Assembly (NCBI GenBank): GCA_964016885.1
Contig: OZ024742.1
Coordinates: 117,242,001-117,306,000, forward strand
Source of the DNA: Eledone cirrhosa
Lineage: Eukaryota
Direction: 5' to 3'
DNA length: 64,000 bases
The position numbers and the translations under genes are program-made. How positions within the stretch are numbered: position 1 is the stretch's first letter; each line of letters starts with the position of its first letter. Of this stretch, positions 53,321 to 64,000 are shown piece by piece. The notes beneath the pieces were generated by a model that searched no databases, had not been told where the DNA came from, and worked only from the letters and a program-made list of their open reading frames with translations.

Positions 53321-53844
53321 TAGAGTTGAGATGGAGGGTCTGTGGTTTTTATATATAGTGAAAATGAAAGAAATTCCTTGGTACAGTAAGATATACTTGA
53401 AAAAAGAGAATAATGACTTCACTGGTAGTTGCTGTTCTTTAATAATTCTAATCTTTGCAGTAAGTTACCATTGATATTGGTTCTGGCAAGTCTTGTTAAC
53501 TTTCTGGGAAACTTTCTCGTATTTGGTGACAATTGTCAAACTGGTCCATTGCAGTATGTTAATAATCAATATATATATACATAGAGAGTGAGGTGTGGGG
53601 GTCTAGGAGTAGAGCGATAAGAGTGTATATATGAAGAAGAGTAAATCAAAATAGGGCACTTCATTTTTTGTTGGTAGAAAATGAAAAAAAAGATGAAAGG
53701 GTGATTGAGTGAGAAAGATAGTGGAGGTTTTGCTGTGATGGTCAGATAGATTTAATCTAAATGATTATTGGCAAAGAAACAAAAAAAGATTAAATAATTT
53801 TTATATTATTATCGAAAAAGCAATAAAATGTTGGTGATAGTGGG

Positions 53845-54210
53845 TCTTCTTCTGTCTCTTCTTTTTTGCCCACTTATTCCTCAGAGGGTTGAGGGAGCAG
53901 AATCCTCAAACACTCCTTCCAGTGGGTCCTGTCAGAAGCAACCATCTGAAACTGATCTGGATGGATCCCCAAACAAGACCAGCCAAGCTCATGGATGTTA
54001 TCCAACCATCTTACTTGTGTCTACCTCTGGGTCTCCTGCCAGTTGGTTTTGCCCATAAAATCTGTCCAGCAATTCTTTCCTGAGTCCTTCTAGCCATATG
54101 CCCATAGTATCAGAGCTGTGATCTCTCAATCTTGAGAAGTAGTGGCTCTACCATGAGTGACTCTCTGATCTCTGAGCTATGCATTCTATTGAGTTACATT
54201 GCTGATAGTG
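53845..54210 (-). mobile_element. Expander/Rex3-like RTE 3' fragment
   Basis: Reverse-complement similarity to 48690-49015. Confidence 0.78.
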
Positions 54211-54229
54211 GGTGCATTTTACAAAGGAG

Positions 54230-54493
54230 TGTTTTATGATAGTATAAAGTGAGAAATACTGCCTTATTGTGGTGGACAAAAGACCTTTGGTGAAGATAAC
54301 AACATTTCCACAGGTCTTGGTTTTTGAACAAGTGGGTATGTACATAAAGTATATTTATTGAAAGTTAGATGTGGCTCCTACGTATTTATATGTTCCGAAA
54401 TTCGTTTCAATATCACATTGGTATAGAATATTTTTAAACATACACTTTCCAATTAAGGAACACTTATTAGGCCGACTACAATTACAGTATCTC
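54230..54493 (-). mobile_element. Penelope-like GIY-YIG endonuclease remnant
   Basis: RYCNCSRPNKCSLIGKCMFKNILYQCDIETNFGTYKYVG: Cys-rich linker followed by GIY-YIG motif. Confidence 0.7.
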
Positions 54494-57400
54494 TTTTCCT
54501 TTTTTTCCTTTTTTTTTTAACGTCCATATTCCACGCTTGCATGGGTTTGGACGGGAGTTTTCCCACTTGAGGCAAGAGTGGTTGTCTTGCTCGCATAGGA
54601 CTGTCTGGCAGGTTTTCTACGGCTGGATGCCCTTCCTAACACCAACCACATTTACAGTGTGGGACTGGGAGGTTTTTACCGTGTTGCCTACACGGCCACA
54701 TTACAGCATGGACTGTGTGTTTTTTGTCGTGACACCTACACGACCTCATTTGTTTCGGGCTGGATGTTGTGGTACCAACATAACTTTACATTGAAAGGGG
54801 TGGTGTGGATGGGGTGGGGTAGTGGGACGGGGGTGTATTTTGTTAGAGGTGCCTACTGACTGTAGTAGGTTTCACTTTGCACTTAGGTAAGGCGGGTCTT
54901 CTCTATTACTGTGTAGCGCAAAAGATCTCAGTCCAGTGACATTGTCTTGGAGAGGTGTAAGTGTGTGAGGTCGGAATTTATCAAGTCGTCCCAGGTTTTT
55001 CTGGGTCTGCCTACTCCGTGGCTACCGTCTATTATTATTGCCCTGTACTTTTTTATACAGCTGTCGTCTTTCATGCGCATCACGTGACCATACCAACATA
55101 GTCTTCTCTCAAGTAAACAGCATCTGATCCCTCTTATTCCTAATTTCTCCCTTAGTTCGTTTATGCTTTGCCGTTCACGTATATTACTATTACACATCCA
55201 GCGGAGCATGCAAGCTTCGTTTCTCTCCAGTCTGTGTATATCCTCTGCACACAATGCCCAGGTCTCACTGCCATGTAACATTGCTGTTCGTATGCAGGCA
55301 TCATACAGTCTGCTTTCATTTTTAGAGAGAACCCTTTAGCGGCCAATAGTGGTATAAGCTCTCTGAACTTTTTCCATCCCGTTCTGACTCTAGCTACTGT
55401 ACTTTCAGAGCACCCTCCCCCACTGCTGATTTTGTCACTCAGGTAACGGAAGCTGTCCACTATTTCTATAGAACCATCTGTGCAATGGAAAGAGTTAGTA
55501 TTCTCTGGGCACTTGCTGCTACTTATTGCACCAGAGCACCGGCCACATATAAAATCTATATTCTTAGTTAGCTTACCTGTGATCCCACTACATCTTTTAT
55601 GTACCCATACTTTGCATTTGGGACATAAAATGGAGTTTCTACCTACTCCTTTCCTACACACTGAGCATGGCCATTTCCCAGATGGGACCGGTGCCCTATT
55701 TTCCTTCCTACAAACTAGAACTTTAGTCTTAGACAAGTTAACTTTAAGACCTTTTGATTCTAGGCCATGCTTCCATGTTTGGAATTTCTTCTCTAGTTCG
55801 GCCATTGATTCAGCTATGAGCATTAGATCGTCTGCATATAGGAGTTCCCATGGGCAACCGGTCTTGAACTCCACTGTTATAGCCTGAAGAGCAATAATAA
55901 ATAGTAGAGAGCTAAGAACGGAACCCTGATGAACACCAACTTTTACGCTAAAATCTTCACTATATTTGGTGTTAATTCTAACCTTGCTGACTGTTTCTTT
56001 ATACATGACTTGTATAGCTCTCACAAGCCATTCATCAACACCTAGTTTTCTAAGAGCCCACCAGATAATGGAACGGGGGACTCTGTCGAAGGTTTTCTCC
56101 AAGTCAACAAAAGCTAAGTATAAGGGTTTACTTTTAGCTAGGTACTTCTCCTGCAGTTGTCGTACAATGAAAAGAGCGTCTGTGGTACTTTTACCTGACA
56201 CAAACCCGAACTGCATTTCATCTAGATCAATTCTCTCTCTGATTAGTTGCGCTATTACTTTTTCTGTGACCTTCATGACCTGGTCGATTAATTTAATGCC
56301 TCTATAGTTACTCCTATCTAGGGCATCTCCTTTACCCTTGTAGCAGTTAATGATGATTCTGCTACGCCAGTCCTTCGGAACAACCCCATTCTGTATGACT
56401 TGGTTTACTATCCGGGTGACCATGGTGTGTCAGCAACTATTTCCAAAGGCCCAGCCGCCTTACCCGTCTTCATATCTTTGATTGCCTTACTTATTATACT
56501 ACCTTCGTCTAACACTGCTGGTCCCTCTATTGGGTCGATGTGGGGGAGACTGTCTTTCTCCCATTTATTCTCCTCATTTAGTAGCCTTTCGTAGTGACAC
56601 TTCCAAGCTGCCTTCTTATCAGCGTCAGTGATGGCAAGTACACCATCATCATTAAGGACACACTTCTCCCCGACAATATCATGGTTTTCCTTGACACATT
56701 GCCTAGCAATCCTGAACACCTCACGTTTTTGGTCCTCGCGTTGTAGAACATGCTTGAACTTTCTTTCCTCTGCTTCCCTTCTTGCGAATTACATTTGTCT
56801 CCTAGCTTCCCTCCTGGCCACTTGATAGTCTTCTCTACTTACCCCATCCCGCCATACTTTCCAAGCCTGCTTTTTGGCCTTAATTGACTCCTGCACCTTA
56901 CTGTTCCACCACAATGTTACTCTCCTCCTGCCTATAGGCCTGCTCCAGCCACAGACTTCGTCTGCCGCCATCAGCAGGTTCGCTTTCAGGAATTCCCACT
57001 GTTCCTCTATATTGTACGACTCTAATTGCTCTTCCTTACTGTTGAAAGCATCAAGTAATATGCTTTTAAATTTATTTCTGGCTGTGGGGTCCTTTAGCTT
57101 CCATATTTTTCTCCTGAGGATAGTCTTCTTCTGCTGTCGAGTACATCTCGTCCTGACTATGAGGTCACTAATTATCAGTCTATGTTGGGAGGTGCATTCT
57201 TCACGGGGGAGGGATTTAGTGTTTACAACAGACACTCTGTCACGTCTTCTGGTAAGGATATAATCTACCTGGCTGGTATGTTCCCCTGATCTGTAGGTGA
57301 TCAAGTGATTGTCTCATTTTTTGAAGTTAGTGTTACAGATAGTTAGGTTATTTGCGTCACAGAATTCCAGGATTCTGGAGCCTTCCTCATTTCTGGTACC

Positions 57401-58692
57401 AAACCCATAGCCTCCATGGATTCCGTCATAACCGTCACAATGTTGTCCAACGTGACCATTTAGGTCGCCAGCAATAATTATATAGTCATTGTCGGTTATT
57501 TGGGAAGTAGTGTCTCATAGAATCTGTCTTTTATAGCGCCAGGCAGTCCGGATTGGGGCGCGTACGCAGATATTACTGTCACAGTAATTCTATTTAGAAC
57601 AAGTCTTATTTTAATTATTCTGTCATTCACTCTATTTACGTCTATTATCTTGTCCACCCATTTTTCTGCTCACATGATTCCTATCCCACCCAGCCCATTG
57701 TCATTTCCCACCCAGAAAAGCTTATAGCATCGTTTTTTACCCACAATGAATCTAGCAGACGCGCCCCTCCACCTGGTCTCTTGGATACAGCAAACATCAA
57801 CCTCCTTACGTTCAAGCATTTCTACAACCTCGTTAGAGCGGCCTTTTAAGGTGCCTACATTCATGGTACCAACTCTGAAGTTTTGGATTGCGTTTGGTGG
57901 GTGAGGTGCAGGGAGGGGTGAGGAGGATGGGGTTGGGGTTATGTTGGCCATCCACGGACTCAACAAAGAGGAGGGGGCCTTGCTCTTTCTTCCGGCAGCA
58001 TGAGGTGAATTTGTCGTTATCTTTGGGATTGTCTTCGAGTGTCCAGATTCTTCAGACTCTCCAGAAATTCCTTGGTCCATCCATCATATCGAAAAGCAAC
58101 CAGAAGTGATAGCATAGGCCGTTGACTTGTGATTGGTCCAAATAATAAAGGTGGAGAGTGAGGGAGGGGTATGGGGTAGTTAACGAGGAGAAGATTATTT
58201 AGAACAAGCGTGGAGAAGATTATTTAGAACAGTCAGACAGAATTATAAAATAGCAATTAAAAAGTAGGATTTGGATTCTGGGCGATTATACAGATATATG
58301 GATGAATGAACCGAAGGGTGGGGAGGCAAGGAGAAAATGGTATTTTTACATTACATTTCGTAGAAGTTCGTAGAAGTGGACTGACCATTAATAAGAGTTG
58401 ACAAATTCTGAGATTTGTCCCTCGTAACAGGTTTATTTATATTTGGTGCGAGTAGGGAGTGAGAGAGAGAGAGAGAGGGGGGGACGTATTATGATAGAGA
58501 CGGCACGTATATGATAGAGAGAGGGGGGTGATAGCGGTATAGAGGGCCGAGAGAAGCCATTTTTATGAATCCTGGAAAAGTTTTCGACCAAAATGGTAGC
58601 GAGAAGATTATTTAGAACAAGCGTGGCGAAGATTATTTAGAACAGTCAGACAGAATTATAGAATAGCAATTAAGAAGTAGGATTTGGATTCT
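54494..58692 (-). mobile_element. Near full-length RTE LINE, disrupted by frameshifts and stops (APE + RT + PHD finger)
   Basis: APE: VGTMNVGTL..DVCCIQETRW; RT 55161-56423: NYRGIKL, QFGF, FVDLEK.FD, GVHQGSVLS, YADD; 3' UTR as in other copies. Confidence 0.96.
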
Positions 58693-59267
58693 CTATGTAT
58701 GTTAATTAAGGTATGTTTCCAACTGGGTGTTTGAGGTGGTAATGTGGTGAGAAACTGGTTGAGTAAGATTAACTTGTTTGTTTTCAAGTGAGCATTTTGT
58801 ATGTGTGCTGTTCTTTAGTTTGTTAGGTTGAATAAAGATTTGGCTAATTCCATTTATGCAGGTGTTATTTACCCATCCAGATGCAGGTGGGTTTCTGTTA
58901 CTATAAGCATGGAGATGTTTATTATTAAAGACATGTTATAAAGTTTATGGGGTTTGCTGTAGTTGAGTAGAAAAGTTATATGAATAATAAATTTCTATAT
59001 GTCTATATATGAGTAATACATTTCAGAAATATTGTATAATACATAGAGTAGAAATATATAAAGAGTAAAGGATGATAAATACAACAAAACAAAGTAATGT
59101 TTTTACCCAGTATATTTCAACATAATATTTCAGGGCTATACTCTCTTTTCAAATGAAAATGATCGTTCGTTTTGTTTTCAACCATTTTTGTTCTTATAAT
59201 CATCAGATCCTGGGAGTGCACAGGTGAAACTCCAGAGTAACAACACTCACTACATATATACATATAC

Positions 59268-59334
<67 letters not shown>

Positions 59335-59652
59335 CAAATCCCATCCTCTTTTTTGAGGGTTTATGTTTGGAATTTGCATTTACCTAATGTGGCTGCCTTC
59401 CAAGTTTGCCACCCCCAGACCACCTGCCCAGTTATACTTCAGAGGACTTTAGTGCCCAGCATGTTGTTAGACAGCTGGGCATGAGGCACTTCTTAGCCTC
59501 TGTTAAAGCATGTTTTTCAGTGTATTGCAATAACATTTCTTTAAATCATTTCCTTTTACTTTCAAAGAGAGAGTATATCTGGTTTTGAGAGGTATTGTTT
59601 TTTTACATCCTGCTTCTAAAAATTACTTTACCCACCTCTCTTTCTCTCTCTT

Positions 59653-59684
<32 letters not shown>

Positions 59685-60209
59685 CTCTTTCTCTCTATAT
59701 ATATATATATTTATATATATGTGTGTGTGTGTGTATACACACAAAAAAAAACATATATATTTATCTACACTATTATTTACTTATTTACCTTTGTACCTAC
59801 ATATTTATTAATCTATCTACCTATCCACATAATTATATATATATATCTTCTTGAATATCTATTTATTTACTTGTATATTTACCTGTCTATCTTAGAAATA
59901 TGGTATCAAAGTTCTTTGATGGAATATGACTTGAGGTTAGACCTACTATAAATTCTCCAACTATCTCACTGAATATAAATATATTAAGAAGTGCCAATAT
60001 ATATATAACTTTCAAAAAGATAACTTCCATGAAATCCACAATAAGATAAACTGTGACATGAGTTGCTGAATTTTTTAATGTCACACTGCTATATATGCTA
60101 TGCTAGGTGTCATGTTAATCAATGTAAAAAGTATATGACTGCTGGACTGCAGAGATATAGGACTCTAGAATTGTAGTTTTTATGCTTTAGTTCTTTTTCT
60201 AAAGAAGCA

Positions 60210-60550
60210 TCATCATTGCCATCGTTTTTAAATCTCCATTTCTATAATTGTATGTGCTGGATGAGAGTTCTCCAGCACAGATTTCTTCCGCCTGTCATGT
60301 TCATTTGTCATCTCAGTTGTAAGGTTCAACATCTTGAGATCAGCTCTAACTACTTCTGCCTCTGTCTTCATTGATCTTTCTCTTCTACAGTTTCCTTCTA
60401 TTTGGAACTCCTGGAAACCTTCACCCACCAATGCCATTATTTATTCATGCCAGTGCAATCGCTGTTCTTCTTGCACACTGCAGCTAATTCCTCTTCGGTT
60501 CATCTATAATTTGTAATTTATGCACTCTAGCTTTATAAAATCACCAAAAC
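60210..60550 (-). mobile_element. Old RTE 3' fragment
   Basis: EGNCRRERSMKT.AEVVRADLKMLNLT.EMT. Confidence 0.75.
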
Positions 60551-60674
60551 ATGATAGCTTAATTTCATTCTAACCTCCACATAACTATATTCAATGCCCA
60601 TGTCTCATTACTATATAATATTTCACTTTGTAGACAGACAATATAATCCACATAATAATATTCCCATTTCTAAA

Positions 60675-61020
60675 CCTTCTCTTCTTCTTTGCCCACTTAT
60701 TCCTGAGAGAGTTGTGGGGGCAGAGCCCTCAAATACTCCCTCAAGTGGGTCCTGTCAGAAGCAACCATCTCCAACTCATCCAGCTGTATCCCTAAGCGAG
60801 ACCAGCCAAGCTCATGGATGTTATCCAACCGTCTTGCTCGTGGTCTACTCCTAGGTCTCCTACCTGTTGGTTTTTCCCATAGAATATGTCCAGTGATTTT
60901 TTCCTGAGACCTTCTAACCACATGCCCATAGAACCGGAGCTGTGATCTCTCGATTCAGATAAGTATCGGCCCCACCTGGAGTTATTCTCTGATCTCCGAG
61001 CTACATACTTTATTGAGCAA
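60675..61020 (-). mobile_element. Expander/Rex3-like RTE 3' fragment
   Basis: KPTGRRPRSRPRARRLDNIHELGWSRLGI..ELEMVASDR..LREYLRALPPQ. Confidence 0.82.
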
Positions 61021-62510
61021 CATTACTCCATTACCCCTTGGAGGAATCCCATTTCAGCTGCTTGTATTCGTGATCGTATTCTTTCGGTCATTACCCAAGA
61101 CCCATGACCATAGGTAAGAGTTGGTATGATAACCTTGCATGCATAATTCAAGATACCAAATCAGTGTTTCCCAAACTGTTTTTTGTTTTGTTTGCTCACA
61201 ACTAACTAATAAATACATTTTGCTGTGTTTTATGCACATGTTAAAAAATGTATCAAATACAAATTGTTCATATATTTTAGACTCCAAGTGTAAGTAATTT
61301 AAACTACAGAAAATTATCATATATTCCTTTAGTCAATAAAAGAAGCATAATTATGAAGGCGTTATATGTAGAATTTGAGTTTGTATTTTTCCTAGTGTTT
61401 CAATATTATTTTATTACACCAGTTTTTACCAATTGGCAAACGATGTACTAAAATTAAACAATTCATGGTTTAGAAGGAAGTAATGGAGTCAACTTTCTAT
61501 ATTATTTATTTCTATATGTTTTCATAAAAAATCTATATAAAGGCACAGGCTTGGCTGTTTGGTTTGCAGACACATGGTTTTTAGTTTAGTCATAATGTGT
61601 AATACTTTGAGTAGGTGTCTTTTACTATAGTCTTGGTTTCACAAACACCTTATGAGTGAGATTTGATAGATGGAAACTATGCATATGCACATTATATCTG
61701 TGTGTGTGGCTATGTCTGCTTTTGTGTCCTATAATTTAGTGCTTTGATAAATTGAGATCGACAAGTACCAGACTTAAAAAGTAACTACTAGAATCATTAT
61801 GGTCAACTAAATCCACAGCTTGTTCAGAAGCAAATTATCAAAATCAGTTAAAGAAAAAGTATAAAAGAATATATATATATCATGAAACTAACTATTTGCA
61901 GAACTGCCATATTTTATTCTCTGGCTTTCAATATTTCTTCTAATGTTTCAGAAGATTATTTAGACGAAAGTCATTTCCTTTTTAGTTATCAACATAATAT
62001 CATATCTTGATATTTGTGTTTTACTTTATATTGCCTTCATTTGCTTTACTTTCTTTCGTTCAGTGATCTTGTTCAATAAAAATGATCTACTTAAATGTAG
62101 GCTAGAATATATAATGGAGTAAGTAAAAAGAAAAAGGTTTAATCAATTGAAATTATGCTTGCAATGAACAGGAAAGTCATTAGCAGTAATGACAATTCGT
62201 TTTAAAAGAGGTAAAGGAGAGAACACTGAATTTTATCTTTATTTAGAATTAATGAAGATATACAGTGAAGAGTGAGTCTGAGCTTTGGTAGGTAAAGTGG
62301 CAAATCCAGGTATTTCATATATATATATAAGAGAATAATTGAAAGTGAATAAATTCACTCGTGTTTTAACAAAGAGCATTAAAGCTTGATGTGTTATTCA
62401 GATCGAATCATGCAAATCACAAAATCCAGGGTGTAATCCATGGGGTAGTTGAAGACTGTGAAAATCACAGAGCATAAATATTCATTTCTGTGGAAGGAAC
62501 CAAAGTTAAA

Positions 62511-63104
62511 TTCATTTATTTCAACAAACATTCCGATTAAGAGAGGTATTTAATACAAATCAACTAAATTAATTAGTCACTTAATCAATTATATCGATGA
62601 TGCAAACATTTCCCAGAATTTCATAAGGAAACAGGATTACTTAGATTAGTCACTTGGTCCCATTACATGAGCAATCGTTCAAGAAGAGAGGGAAAAAATA
62701 ATGTGTGCTTAAAATTAAAAAGCACTGTGGAGGAAGTAAGTTTCGCAGTGAAAAATTGTTGGAGAGAGAAAACGTTAGACAGAAGGTCAAATCATTACAC
62801 AAACCGAGAATAAATATATTGATACATTACATTACTTATAAGGCTGGATTTTCCATTGTAACCTTATCTAATTAATGTCTCATTGCAATATTGTGCATTC
62901 TAGTAAAGAATTACACTTTTAGAAGAAGGTCTAGAGATCCTATGTGAATATTAACATAATGGAAGCAAGTGACTCATCTAAATAATCCTGTTTCCTGATG
63001 AAATGCTGAGAGATGTTTGTATAAGAGATATAATTGATTAAGTAGCTAATATATTTGACTTGTGTTGTATCTCTCTTAATAAAACCGTTTGTCAAAATAA
63101 ATGA
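62511..63104. repeat. Diverged inverted repeat pair (62511-62664 and 62957-63104) with a decayed long-stem-II hammerhead
   Basis: Arms are reverse-complementary; right arm has CTGATGA at about 62995 and AAAC CGTTTG TC; architecture similar to 7077-7190. Confidence 0.65.
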
Positions 63105-63159
63105 TTTTAACTGAGCAAAACCTTTGGTTACTTCTTCTGAAATGGATACACACACACTC

Positions 63160-63554
63160 ACTCATAGTGAATGGTCTTCAAAATGTTTTTAATGAAACAT
63201 ACAGTATATTGCCAAATATACTATACATACATTCATGTATACATCGCTATTTCAGAGCACCAATACTAATACCTAATTTTTGCTGGACCGGCAATCGCTC
63301 TGTTTAATTAACTTTTAAATAATACTGGAATTCAATAAGAATCCAGTTTCTAAAACTCTCGGTAGAAGCAAAGGAGTGAGTGGTCTTGATAAACGACAAA
63401 GAGCAGAAAACAGGAATGTCAATCACTCTTCTTTGCTTTTGCCGGGAATAAGTAAGTGACATAGTCACTACTTTAAAACTCATAGCAAATGGTCTTCAAA
63501 ATGTTTTTAAATAAACGTACAGTATATTGCCAAATATACTATACATACATTCAT
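63160..63554 (+). repeat. Diverged member of the 316-bp hammerhead family: one 318-bp unit plus ~75-bp terminal direct repeat
   Basis: ATGGTCTTCAAAATG at 63171 and 63489; GCTATTTCAGAGC and GTCACTACTTTAAAAC shared with the 10.3-kb units; hammerhead remnant at 63358-63446. Confidence 0.82.
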
Positions 63555-64000
63555 TATCATCATCATCATCATCATCATCATTTTACGTCTGCTTTTCCCT
63601 GCTTGCAAGGGTTGGATGGGTCCTATTCAGCACAGCATCTCTCCACTTGTCACGGTCCTTCGTCATCTCCTCAGTGAGTTTCAGCGATCTGATTCCTGCT
63701 CTCACCATCTCCGCCCATGTTTTTCGTGGTCTACCTCTACTGCATCTTCCTTCTACTGGGATTTCTTGGCACTTCTTTACCCAACGGTCATCCTCCATGC
63801 GCATCACATGTCCATACCATCTCAGCCTTCTCTCCTGCACACCACAACTTATCCCCCTTATACCCAGTGTCTTTCTCAACTCGTTTATGCTTCGTTGTTC
63901 ACGCACATTGACATTGCACATCCAACGGAGCATACTTGCTTCATTTCTCTCCAGCCGTCGCATATCCTCTGCAGTTGCTGCCCATGTCTCACTACCATGC
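63555..64000 (-). mobile_element. RTE LINE 3' end (distinct family with a very short 3' UTR), continues beyond window
   Basis: ORF 63583-63963 RRLERNEASMLRWMC..RRLRWYGHVMRM..GRPRKTW; (GAT)n tail. Confidence 0.93.

Noticed and set aside
54494-54518. Poly(A)-type tail and TSD for the large RTE
   Set aside because: The A-rich tract may belong to the flanking PLE remnant; no matching TSD found at 58692
55480-57263. Plus-strand ORFs overlapping the RTE
   Set aside because: Antisense shadows of the LINE ORF
59157-59210. Hammerhead-like CTGATGA...GAAA on the minus strand (similar at 23461 and 22028 on plus)
   Set aside because: Stems II and III cannot be formed convincingly

Overview
AT-rich, repeat-dominated animal DNA. 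The repeat repertoire (RTE LINEs with (GAT)n tails, tRNA-derived SINEs, long (TA)n runs) resembles octopod cephalopods; this is an inference. No intact protein-coding ORF is present. Contents: a near full-length but disrupted RTE LINE (54494-58692, minus) with AP endonuclease, RT and a PHD finger inserted in the RT; many RTE, Tx1, R4/Dong and Penelope-like (PLE) fragments; SINEs; Helitron-like elements; MITEs; several long fold-back palindromes; and a chain of phase-compatible minus-strand exons with in-frame stops (probable decayed host gene). The best finding is a family of ~316-bp non-coding units carrying a full type I hammerhead ribozyme with a non-canonical U3-A8 core (UUGAUAA instead of CUGAUGA). 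It occurs as a tandem array at 10.3-11.3 kb and as diverged, covarying copies at 12.4 kb and 63.4 kb, i.e. a retrozyme-like system. Further hammerhead motifs are present, and the shared RTE/SINE 3' UTR carries tandem 48-nt H-type pseudoknot units. All structures were folded by eye and none is computationally or experimentally verified.
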